Positions 56,076 to 64,000 of a DNA stretch of 64,000 bases are shown here, one piece after another. The notes beneath the pieces were generated by a model, which was not told where the DNA came from, searched no databases, and was given only the letters and a program-made list of their open reading frames with translations. This stretch comes from an uncultured bacterium (lineage in GTDB: Bacteria > Electryoneota > Tariuqbacteria > Tariuqbacterales > Tariuqbacteraceae): positions 4,082 to 68,081 of the forward strand of contig CAYQZD010000004.1 in the NCBI GenBank assembly GCA_964421875.1. The letters run 5' to 3'. The position numbers were made by a program, and so were the translations under genes. The first letter of the stretch is position 1; each line of letters starts with the position of its first letter.

Positions 56076-57914
56076 TCATTTCATATAAAGCACCCTGGCG
56101 GTTTTCACATTTCCGCCGGACTGCGCTTTGATGAAGTAGACGCCGGAGGTCAATCCCTGCGGATTCCAATTCACAGTGTGGACACCTGAATGCAACCGCC
56201 CCTCAAAGAGTGAACCAACCTCCCCGCCCTGAACATTGTATGCTTTAACAGAAACCTCAGCCGCATCACTTAGATTGAAACGAATGACTGTTTCCGAGTT
56301 GAAGGGATTGGGTGAAGTGGAGAATTTAAAACCGACGCTTTTTTTCTGCAAGGTGATTATTTTCTCTACCGGCAAGCCGCCGCCCCTCGCATCGCGCCTG
56401 ATGAAGGCGATTCCCACCGAATCGGGGACATTGCGGCTATAGTTGTGGACTATCATAATGCCCCTGGTGCCGGTTTCGTTTTCGATGCCTACGGTGGCAG
56501 AGAAAGGATTCATCACCTCCGGATACTGGAAACTTATAGTTCCGTCCGGGAACAAAATAACCTGGAAAGTCTCATATTCCGCCGTTCCCACACGAGGCAT
56601 TTCGTAAAATTCAACAACAAACCGGGTGGGATTGTGATAGAGTTTAGTGAAAATGTGCCGGGGTTTACCGGTGGGGTCGAACCGGTCCCAGAAGGGAGCG
56701 ATGATGTTGTTGGGCTGGGTGTCACAGGGGATGGGAGTGTCCCAATATGACGGCGAATAGTTATTGAAAGCGATGAATCCATTGGAACAGACATACAATG
56801 TGTCGTAGGTATTGTCGTAAAAGGGGAAGGTGAAGCCGATGGGGATGGGGTCGGTGAATTCGTTGGCGACCGAGGGCCACCACTGGCCTAAAACCCTTAC
56901 ATCATCGTGCCAGTAGAACCTGGTCCTGACCCAGTCATAGTATCCGTCGCCCTCGTCGGTGTATCTCATAACGCGCAGGTGGCTGAGGTCGCCCACGAAA
57001 AGGTGGTGTCCGGCTACGGTTACATCCTTGGTGCCGGAAAACAGCGGGGGGAATGTACTGAGCCATTCAGGTTCGGTGATATCGGTGACATCGAACATTT
57101 TCGCCCCTTCAGACCAATTTCCTAAGAATACCCGCTCATTGGCATATTCGATATAGCGGTCGAGGGAAATCGGATTGCGAAAGTAAACAAGGTTAGGCAT
57201 ATAGGGATTACTAACATCGACCACGGCGAATCCGTATCTATAGGTGGCGAAATACACATATTCCTCGTCTTTAGTCAGCCAGGGATATTGACTCGAAGGA
57301 ATAGGAAGAAAGGAGACGTAAGCGGGATTTTCCGGAATGGAGATATCCCAAATCTCCAGCCCTTGATGATGTATTCCCAAATACATGTAGTTTTCGCTGA
57401 GTTTTATACTATATGCGCCCCCATTCATGGATACTCTCGCGACTTGAATTGGATTCAGCCTATCCTCAATATTGAAAACGACAACACCGCCGTTATAATC
57501 GGTAACATACAAGTAATCACCGCGAGCTTCAAGGTCGACAGCATTTTGCCGGGCTGTGGTTTCTCCCAAATAAGTAACGAGCGGTAAGTTTTGGAGGTCC
57601 ACCATATGCACGCTATATGACGACCCGCCGCCGGAACAGTAGAGAGTGTTTTCCGCAACCGTGAAATAGCAGGGAAAGGGGAAAAATAAGCTTGAAACCA
57701 TGGTTGGTATTGAGGGATCTAAAACGTCTGCGACTATCATCTGCACCGGATATTTGCAGACGAAACAGTAATCACCATAAGCGCGGAGATGCCTCCCGTT
57801 ATCCAGATCGGGGATTTCCATCCGCCCCACTTCCCACATCTGGCAAAAACCTGTTGACGCGGTAAGCGCCGCTAACACGATTACAGTAAGCGATTTCATG
57901 ATGCTATCCTCCAT
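56076..57914 (-). CDS. T9SS cargo protein (612 aa) with LVIVD-type beta-propeller repeats and the ~130-aa domain shared with CDS 44587-47121
   Basis: Signal peptide. Repeats YLYVTDYNGGVVVFNI, YMYLGIHHQGLEIWDIS, YVYFATYRYGFAVVDVS. C-terminal T9SS CTD (AEVSVKAYNVQGGEVGSLFEG...SGVYFIKAQSGG...VLYMK). Confidence 0.7.
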   Translation of the reverse strand: MEDSIMKSLTVIVLAALTASTGFCQMWEVGRMEIPDLDNGRHLRAYGDYCFVCKYPVQMIVADVLDPSIPTMVSSLFFPFPCYFTVAENTLYCSGGGSSYSVHMVDLQNLPLVTYLGETTARQNAVDLEARGDYLYVTDYNGGVVVFNIEDRLNPIQVARVSMNGGAYSIKLSENYMYLGIHHQGLEIWDISIPENPAYVSFLPIPSSQYPWLTKDEEYVYFATYRYGFAVVDVSNPYMPNLVYFRNPISLDRYIEYANERVFLGNWSEGAKMFDVTDITEPEWLSTFPPLFSGTKDVTVAGHHLFVGDLSHLRVMRYTDEGDGYYDWVRTRFYWHDDVRVLGQWWPSVANEFTDPIPIGFTFPFYDNTYDTLYVCSNGFIAFNNYSPSYWDTPIPCDTQPNNIIAPFWDRFDPTGKPRHIFTKLYHNPTRFVVEFYEMPRVGTAEYETFQVILFPDGTISFQYPEVMNPFSATVGIENETGTRGIMIVHNYSRNVPDSVGIAFIRRDARGGGLPVEKIITLQKKSVGFKFSTSPNPFNSETVIRFNLSDAAEVSVKAYNVQGGEVGSLFEGRLHSGVHTVNWNPQGLTSGVYFIKAQSGGNVKTARVLYMK

Positions 57915-57959
57915 TATGACTGGATAACTAATGTCTGCTTTCAGTAAAATTTGTCAGCA

Positions 57960-58886
57960 TTATTTGGTTTTTCTCACCCAAAAACTCCCCGGTTTGGTAA
58001 TCCCTTCCACATAAGTAGGGAAAGCTCTTTTAAGCGGTTCCGGATGTTTAAGATTCATATAATTCCCCGCCCAGAGGACTTCGAAGCTGTCGTTGAAAGC
58101 TAAGAAAGCCTGCAATAGATACTGCTCGTTCCAGAACCGGAACCGATCCCGCACCCATTCTTTAGGGTATTCTTGGGGAAGAAAGATGTCGTGGATATGG
58201 ACGATGACTCCCCGTTTTAATCGGGGGAGGATTTCCAGGTATTCGCACTGCACATCCCCCCCGATTTTCAGGACGTGGCTGGAGTCGATGAAGAGAATAT
58301 CGCCCTCCCGCAGGTCCTCGAATTCACTCAGGGGAACCTCCTGCACTCTGGCTTGGATGAAGCGGGACAGCCCGGGTATCCCGGCTTTGAGGAATTCTCT
58401 GGGGTAGGGCTCGACAGCGATGAACTCACATTCAGCGCCCTCTTCAGCATTCTTCCGCGCCGCTTGCGCGGAGAGTAAAGTTGAATAGCCGGAGCCTATC
58501 TCCATCATTTTCTTAGGCTTGAAATGGCGAATCATACAATAAAGGATTTCTCCGTCCACAGGACCGAAATCAGGGCAGTTCAGGTAGTACCGGTTAGGGT
58601 TGGAGGTCTTTTCGCGGGGGAAAGCGCCGTATTCAGCGCTATAATCAGCGGCGAACGCTTTCAATAGCTCAATCTGCGCCTCATCCCGGAGGTCGATTCC
58701 CGTCATTTCGGTCTGTTTGTCCCAAAGGTCATCCCTCAACTCGCGGCTGTTGGGGATGGGCATATAATAATGGCTGGGAGTGATGTGCACTCCCAACCGC
58801 TCGAAAAATAAATATACGGCTTTGGCTATTCGGTTGAAAACTCCTTTTTCGATACAATTCAATAAGCTCAAATTAATAATCCTCAT
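57960..58886 (-). CDS. class I SAM-dependent methyltransferase (Methyltransf_24/TylF-like)
   Basis: MEIGSGYST motif I. DILFIDSSH. 4-nt overlap with the upstream cargo gene. Confidence 0.6.
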   Translation of the reverse strand: MRIINLSLLNCIEKGVFNRIAKAVYLFFERLGVHITPSHYYMPIPNSRELRDDLWDKQTEMTGIDLRDEAQIELLKAFAADYSAEYGAFPREKTSNPNRYYLNCPDFGPVDGEILYCMIRHFKPKKMMEIGSGYSTLLSAQAARKNAEEGAECEFIAVEPYPREFLKAGIPGLSRFIQARVQEVPLSEFEDLREGDILFIDSSHVLKIGGDVQCEYLEILPRLKRGVIVHIHDIFLPQEYPKEWVRDRFRFWNEQYLLQAFLAFNDSFEVLWAGNYMNLKHPEPLKRAFPTYVEGITKPGSFWVRKTK

Positions 58887-60481
58887 TTAATCAGTAAGAC
58901 TCGTTGTATGAGGCTTTTACTTACGGTTTCTATTCTTACAAAATATATACCTGAAGGCAGGTTTTCCGCGTTCCATTCCACTTCTCCGATTCCGGCGGGC
59001 TGGTTCCCGGCGAGAATGTCCGCCGCCTCCCTGCCCTGCAAATCGAAGGCTTTCACCGAAACGAATCCCTCCTGTGGAATGGTGAAGGAGATGCGGGTGG
59101 AGTTGTTGAAGGGGTTGGGGGAGGCGGAAAGTGATAATCCTGTAAGTTCATAATTCTTTTCGGCTTTTATCGGTTCATTTTCTTCCCATCCGATAAGCTG
59201 CCAGTCGCCAAGATATTCTTCATCGGGGTGTCCGCTCGCGGCTTTCACGAACATAAACGAGTCCCGGTCTTCTATATCATAGGGATGATCTCCGACCAAA
59301 CCTTCTACTCTATAGAATCCTGCCGGCGCGCGGCTTGGAACATAAAAACGTAATTCACGATATAAAGTGTCATTGGGAAAAATAGTCAGATTTTGATAAA
59401 GTGTAAAAGGATCGAGAACTTGTCCGTTTGGTACATACACAATGAACCATAAGTCAAATTGAGTGTTGATTCTGGTGCTGGTTACCTGCACCCCAAATCT
59501 CACCCAGCCTCCCCCCGCCGGGATTATTATAGGGGGATTTAGGGGGAAAAGTTGAATCTCTAATTCGCCCTGCGGAGTCTGGTCATAATAGAGAGCTCCG
59601 ATATCGGAACGCGTGCTGTCAGGATCCATTCGGGTGGGATCGCCGGTGTCGATGCAAGGAGAATTCTCCAGTAAGAAGTAGGCCTCCGCCCCTGTCCCGC
59701 CAACGAACAAAGGGTCAACATAGATGTTGCTGTCGCCGGGGATGCAATTATACCAAGCCATCCTGTTGCCGTAATTGCAGTTATAGTCAAGCAGAGAATT
59801 GGTCGGAGTAACTCGGGGCCAATAGAAAACTCCTCTTTCGTTGTTGAAAGCGGTAATATTATTCACAAACACAAAATCGGAATCGCTCCAGCAAACCATA
59901 AAACCGTCATAGATATAGCAATTGACCAATGTATTATTTATTATATCGATATATCTGCTGTAAGGCATAGGCCAATCGGCGTCGATATAGATGTTAGCGT
60001 ATCTGTTGTTTGCGATAATGTTAAAGTACACATCCACTCCAAAACATTGCTGTATTTCCAAACCACAACCAACTGGGTCATTACAATCATGCAGATAATT
60101 TTTTAAAATACTGACTTTATAACAATTCCTCACTACTATACATTCATCCCAGCAGTTGCGGATTTCAAAACCTTGGATAATACAATGGCTGGAATTGTAC
60201 ATTTCGATTCCACGGAATACATTCCGACCGTCGATAGTACAAACATCCGGTTCAAGAAAACCGGAGCCGGTCAGAGTCACGCCATTAAGACTGTCAATAT
60301 AAACATTCTCCTCATATAAGCCCGGCGCAACTTGAATCTCATCGCCATACACAGCCGAATCCACTGCCGCTTGAATTGTGGGATATTGCGCTGGCACATG
60401 GAGGATATCGGCGTGCGCGGTGAATAAAACAAACAACAGGATTGATGCGCATAGGATTGAAAAACGCATTTCGACCTCCAA
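58883..60481 (-). CDS. T9SS cargo protein with right-handed parallel beta-helix (pectate-lyase-like fold) domain
   Basis: Signal peptide. Repeated NN[TI]I..N beta-helix rungs. T9SS CTD (GFVSVKAFDLQGREAADILAG...SGIYFVRIET...VLLIK). Confidence 0.7.
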   Translation of the reverse strand: MEVEMRFSILCASILLFVLFTAHADILHVPAQYPTIQAAVDSAVYGDEIQVAPGLYEENVYIDSLNGVTLTGSGFLEPDVCTIDGRNVFRGIEMYNSSHCIIQGFEIRNCWDECIVVRNCYKVSILKNYLHDCNDPVGCGLEIQQCFGVDVYFNIIANNRYANIYIDADWPMPYSRYIDIINNTLVNCYIYDGFMVCWSDSDFVFVNNITAFNNERGVFYWPRVTPTNSLLDYNCNYGNRMAWYNCIPGDSNIYVDPLFVGGTGAEAYFLLENSPCIDTGDPTRMDPDSTRSDIGALYYDQTPQGELEIQLFPLNPPIIIPAGGGWVRFGVQVTSTRINTQFDLWFIVYVPNGQVLDPFTLYQNLTIFPNDTLYRELRFYVPSRAPAGFYRVEGLVGDHPYDIEDRDSFMFVKAASGHPDEEYLGDWQLIGWEENEPIKAEKNYELTGLSLSASPNPFNNSTRISFTIPQEGFVSVKAFDLQGREAADILAGNQPAGIGEVEWNAENLPSGIYFVRIETVSKSLIQRVLLIK

Positions 60482-60515
60482 AACAGAATTTTGATTGATG
60501 CCAATTAGTATTTCA

Positions 60516-62096
60516 TTACTTCATCAATAACACTTTATACGCAGCGACCTGCCCCCGATATTGAATTTTAATAAAATAAATCCCGGAGGGCAGTCCGGCG
60601 GCGTCCCAGTAAACAGATGATGTCCCGGCTTCACCCCGCCCGGAGAACAGTTCCGCAGCCTTCCGGCCCAGCGCGTCATAAGCCGCGATTTCCAGATAAC
60701 CGGACTCGGGTAATGAGAAAACAACCTCGGTGATGTTGTTGAAGGGGTTGGGGGAAGCGGTGACCGAATATCCGTTTTGTGTTGATATTACCATAGGAAT
60801 TTCGTATTTTTCTTTTTTTCCCCATCCCCATATCTTGCAGAAAGCTGATGCAGAAAACTCCCCACTATCATAAGGCTGCTTATAGAATGAGAAGGAATCG
60901 CTGTCGACAATCTCGTTCGAGTACCGTCCCACCATTCCCACCAACCAATAGGTCCCCGACATAGCTATTGGGGATATTTCCATGGTGAGGGTTCGATGCA
61001 TAGTCCCGTTTCCGGGAAGGAATAGTCCCTGCCGCAGTATCATCGGAGAAATCACATATCCGGAAGGGAGATTTAACGCACTCCAAGCGTCGAAGCGCGA
61101 GTAGGAAGAGGAATTATTCTGAATAGTAACATTGAACTGGAAAGAATCGCCGCATACGGGAATCACTATGGGTGGATTTACCGGTTCAAGCTCAATGCTG
61201 AGGTCGAGCTGTCCGGATTGCTGAAAATAGAATGCGCCCATATCTGAACGAGTAGAGTCTGGGTCCATTCGAGTGGGGTCACCCGCGTCAATGCAAGGGG
61301 AGTTAGGCTGCAGAAAATACGCCTCCGCACCGATTCCGCCAGTGAAACACGGATTAGAATGCATACATCCTACTCCGGGAGTCAATCTTACCCAATTTGT
61401 CCCACCGTTTCCAAAAACATCGTTATAACTAGTTATTGCGCCATATTGGTTAACTGTACTTTCAACTCCATCATCATTATTGTAAGCGACAATGTTATTG
61501 ACAATCTGTAATCCGGTAGAATTATTTCGTATTAATATTCCATTAGCGTTTGATATACCGTTACTATAAACAATTGTATTATTGATAATCCTGATAAAAT
61601 TGGAGTTAAGCGCCCAAAGATTGGTATATCCATTCCTTTCGGCAACACAATGATGGATTAGTATATCTTCACTCCCTTGCATTGAAACAGCCACAGAATA
61701 GTCCTGGTAATTATCATGCGCATAAATATTTGAAATTCTAATCTTATTAGAATACCAGACTCTCACACCTTGAAAAACTCCGGCAATTTCAAAGTCGCTG
61801 ACACCGCAATCATAACAATTATTAAAAGTGATACCGGAAACACTTGAACCGCCGAATGCGATTATTGTCCGATTCGCCCCTAAAAAACCATTGCCTCTAA
61901 TGACTATTCCCGATTTGCTGTTTGCAGTAGCTGGATAATAAATTCCCGACGCAACTACAATTTCATCGCCCGGCTGAGCGGCATTGACAGCTTGTTGAAT
62001 AGTAGGGTATTGTGCAGGTACGTGGAGGATAACGGCGTTGAGTGTATAGAGAGGAGCGAAAACTACTAATGTAATTAGGAAGAAATGTCTAAACAT
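60516..62096 (-). CDS. T9SS cargo protein with parallel beta-helix domain (paralog of 58883-60481)
   Basis: Shared N-terminal motif LHVPAQYPTIQ[AQ]AV..A..GDEI.VA.G.Y with its neighbour. Beta-helix rungs. T9SS CTD (LEIAAYDALGRKAAELFSG...SGIYFIKIQYRG...VLLMK). Confidence 0.7.
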   Translation of the reverse strand: MFRHFFLITLVVFAPLYTLNAVILHVPAQYPTIQQAVNAAQPGDEIVVASGIYYPATANSKSGIVIRGNGFLGANRTIIAFGGSSVSGITFNNCYDCGVSDFEIAGVFQGVRVWYSNKIRISNIYAHDNYQDYSVAVSMQGSEDILIHHCVAERNGYTNLWALNSNFIRIINNTIVYSNGISNANGILIRNNSTGLQIVNNIVAYNNDDGVESTVNQYGAITSYNDVFGNGGTNWVRLTPGVGCMHSNPCFTGGIGAEAYFLQPNSPCIDAGDPTRMDPDSTRSDMGAFYFQQSGQLDLSIELEPVNPPIVIPVCGDSFQFNVTIQNNSSSYSRFDAWSALNLPSGYVISPMILRQGLFLPGNGTMHRTLTMEISPIAMSGTYWLVGMVGRYSNEIVDSDSFSFYKQPYDSGEFSASAFCKIWGWGKKEKYEIPMVISTQNGYSVTASPNPFNNITEVVFSLPESGYLEIAAYDALGRKAAELFSGRGEAGTSSVYWDAAGLPSGIYFIKIQYRGQVAAYKVLLMK

Positions 62097-62120
62097 CGCA
62101 ACACCCCGCAGATTTTTGGA

Positions 62121-62768
62121 TTACTTTTTTAAAGCGAAGTAATATTGCGATACGAAAAAATCCCGCAATAAAGTCAGTGTAAAGATATTAATAGTTTTCT
62201 CAGGTAAACGTAATCTATTACCTGATTTGACAACTGTGAAACCAGCTTCTTGAAATAAGTTATAGGCCGTCTTTTTTGTAAAAAATCTTAGATGCGTTCG
62301 GTCTAAAATACCTTCATCTTTATATTCCCAGTTTCCCAAGAATACTAAATCGAACAGAATCCGCCAATTCCTAATATTAGGAAGGCTTACAACAATCTGA
62401 CCATCATCTCGTAATAAAGTGTATGCATTCTTTAATAGTCTTAATGGATTAACAAGATGTTCTAAAATATCACCGCATATAATCAAATCGAATGAATCTT
62501 CTTTAAACGGCAATGGCTGAGTATTTAAATCAACTTCAAATGCATTATCCAGTATTTCCTTTGCCTTCACTACCGATTTACTGTCGATTTCTACACCGGC
62601 AGCATATTCAGCTTGGAAATAATCTTTAAAAAACCGGCCTGTATATCCTTTTCCGCATCCTACATCCAAAATAGAATGCGGTTTGGTTGTAACATACGGT
62701 ATTAATTCCTTTCTGATATGGGAATAATAATCCTCGATTTGCTCTTTAGGATTCAGGAACGATGGCAT
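62121..62768 (-). CDS. class I SAM-dependent methyltransferase (Methyltransf_11/23-like)
   Basis: ILDVGCGKGYTG motif I. LIICGDILEHL motif. Start overlaps the stop of the BMC-H gene. Confidence 0.75.
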   Translation of the reverse strand: MPSFLNPKEQIEDYYSHIRKELIPYVTTKPHSILDVGCGKGYTGRFFKDYFQAEYAAGVEIDSKSVVKAKEILDNAFEVDLNTQPLPFKEDSFDLIICGDILEHLVNPLRLLKNAYTLLRDDGQIVVSLPNIRNWRILFDLVFLGNWEYKDEGILDRTHLRFFTKKTAYNLFQEAGFTVVKSGNRLRLPEKTINIFTLTLLRDFFVSQYYFALKK

Positions 62769-63073
62769 TAAATCTCTCCGGTCGATTCTCCCTGCTTCTG
62801 CGGAATTATCATCTCCACTTCCTGGTGAGGCCTGGGGATGACGTGGACTGATACCAGTTCGCCAACCTTATCGGCGGCGGCGGCGCCGGCGTCGGTGGCG
62901 GCTTTGACCGCTCCCACATCCCCCCTGACGAACACGGTAACATATCCCCCCCCGATTTTTTCCTTACCGACCAAGGCTACCTTGGCGGCTTTGACCATAG
63001 CGTCGGCGGCTTCGACCGCGCCGACCAGCCCCCTGGTTTCAATCATTCCCAGGGCTTCCATTACTAAGGCCAT
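62768..63073 (-). CDS. bacterial microcompartment shell protein BMC-H (PduA/EutM/CcmK-like), 101 aa
   Basis: [79 protein letters not shown] aligns almost residue-for-residue with PduA. Confidence 0.85.
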   Translation of the reverse strand: MALVMEALGMIETRGLVGAVEAADAMVKAAKVALVGKEKIGGGYVTVFVRGDVGAVKAATDAGAAAADKVGELVSVHVIPRPHQEVEMIIPQKQGESTGEI

Positions 63074-63147
63074 ATAATTCCCCGAATTTATCTCGGTTAA
63101 ACTTTATTCCTATAAAATATCAATATAAGTTAGTGAAGCGCCACAAT

Positions 63148-63282
63148 TAAATTGTCATTCCCACAAGTGAACGAAGTGAACACGTCGGGAATCTGAACCT
63201 GAAATCTCACTGCTGTCAGATTCCGGACAAGCTGGAATGACAGCAGTGATGAAGCTAACTTCATATAGATAAAGTGATACAC
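63148..63282. repeat. MITE-like element copy E (divergent interior; conserved AAATTGTCATTCC start and GGAATGAC...AACTTCATATAGATAAAGTGATAC end)
   Basis: Direct reading. Hairpins ATTCCC..GGGAAT and TGCTGTCAGATTCC../GGAATGACAGCA. Confidence 0.6.
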
Positions 63283-63434
63283 TTTAAATTGTGTATCGTT
63301 TCAACATAATAATTATTTAGGACTTTGTCAACAATTTCAGAAAAAAAATCCCGGACCTAAAAACAACTATGATTGAACGCAGCTGACTCCGCCTTTTTGA
63401 CTTTTAAGTAAATCTTATCTAAATTATTCAGATT

Positions 63435-64000
63435 ATGAATCTTCAAAATGAAAATCTACACGATTTCAAAGCGCTCTATTTTGTCAGCGACGCCCACCTT
63501 GGCGCGCCTTACGGTGTCAGCGAAGAAGTCAAGCGGCGCAGACTGTTCGCCTTTGGCGGGGGAATCGCAAGCCCTGACACGCACCTTTTCATCATCGGCG
63601 ACCTCTTCGATTTCTGGTACGAATGGCGGCGCGCTATTCCAAAGCGGCATTTCCGCGTGCTGCGGGAAATCGCCTCCTGGGTAGATCGAGGGCTGAAGGT
63701 GCATTACCTCCCCGGCAACCACGATTTCCGCCTGGGAGGATTCCTGGAGCGGGAAGTCGGGATGCAAACCTATAAGGAGAAGCTGGACTTCACTGCCGCC
63801 GGGAAACGTTTTCACCTGTTCCACGGCGACGGATTACGGAAATCCGACATAGCATACCGCTGCCTGAAGAAAGTCTTCCGGAATCCGATAAATCAGTGGC
63901 TTTTCCTTCTGATTCACCCCGATTTGGGACTGAAAATCGCAGACACTTCCAGCAAGACCAGCCGGATTTCACAGTCTAAAGAGCGTGAGTTAGTGAAAGA
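63435..64000 (+). CDS. LpxH-like calcineurin-type metallophosphoesterase (UDP-2,3-diacylglucosamine diphosphatase family), partial; runs off the right edge
   Basis: Own translation from the ATG at 63435: MNLQNENLHDFKALYFVSDAHLGAP...LFIIGDLFDFWYEW...HYLPGNHDFRLGG...HLFHGDG. Matches LpxH motifs (DLHL, GDLFE/D.W, GNRDF, HGD). No stop within the window, so absent from the ORF table. Confidence 0.65.
   Translation, partial: MNLQNENLHDFKALYFVSDAHLGAPYGVSEEVKRRRLFAFGGGIASPDTHLFIIGDLFDFWYEWRRAIPKRHFRVLREIASWVDRGLKVHYLPGNHDFRLGGFLEREVGMQTYKEKLDFTAAGKRFHLFHGDGLRKSDIAYRCLKKVFRNPINQWLFLLIHPDLGLKIADTSSKTSRISQSKERELVK

Overview
This is a 64-kb window of high-GC bacterial chromosome with two visibly AT-rich islands (about 19.9-22.06 kb and 47.1-49.4 kb). 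Gene content suggests an FCB-superphylum-like organism: five proteins end in a T9SS (Por) C-terminal sorting domain, and there are many lipoproteins and a planctomycete-type PSCyt1 cytochrome c domain. TGA is used as an ordinary stop codon (several ATGA overlaps). In order, the window holds: (1) a partial ABC permease plus NMT1-like substrate-binding protein; (2) a sugar-isomerase-like gene, a heparinase II/III-like secreted protein and a RidA lipoprotein; (3) a peptide-utilisation cluster of three POT-family transporters and an S9 peptidase; (4) an isochorismatase / TrxR-like flavoprotein / RlmN-like radical SAM trio; (5) a candidate Cyc2-like fused monoheme cytochrome-porin with YceI and a small PSCyt1 cytochrome lipoprotein; (6) AT-rich island 1, with two membrane proteins and an ImmA/IrrE-like HEIGH metallopeptidase; (7) a TPR-lipoprotein / ECF sigma / anti-sigma operon; (8) a T9SS beta-propeller-repeat gene broken by one in-frame TGA; (9) a sigma-54 / NtrC-controlled efflux locus (HlyD adaptor, ABC ATPase, four tandem paralogous ~800-aa FtsX permeases, with an acyl-CoA dehydrogenase and a small ORF inserted next to MITE-like repeats); (10) an initiator-type tRNA-Met; (11) AT-rich island 2, three overlapping unknown genes; (12) a second S9 peptidase and a large hybrid histidine kinase; (13) a minus-strand gene string capped at both ends by canonical BMC-H shell protein genes, containing two SAM methyltransferases and three T9SS cargo proteins; (14) a partial LpxH-like metallophosphoesterase. 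Non-coding highlights are a ~100-bp MITE-like palindromic element family (at least 6 copies) and a recurrent stop-codon-proximal architecture of locus-specific tandem heptamer repeats followed by a GC-rich hairpin. No rRNA or CRISPR array was seen.
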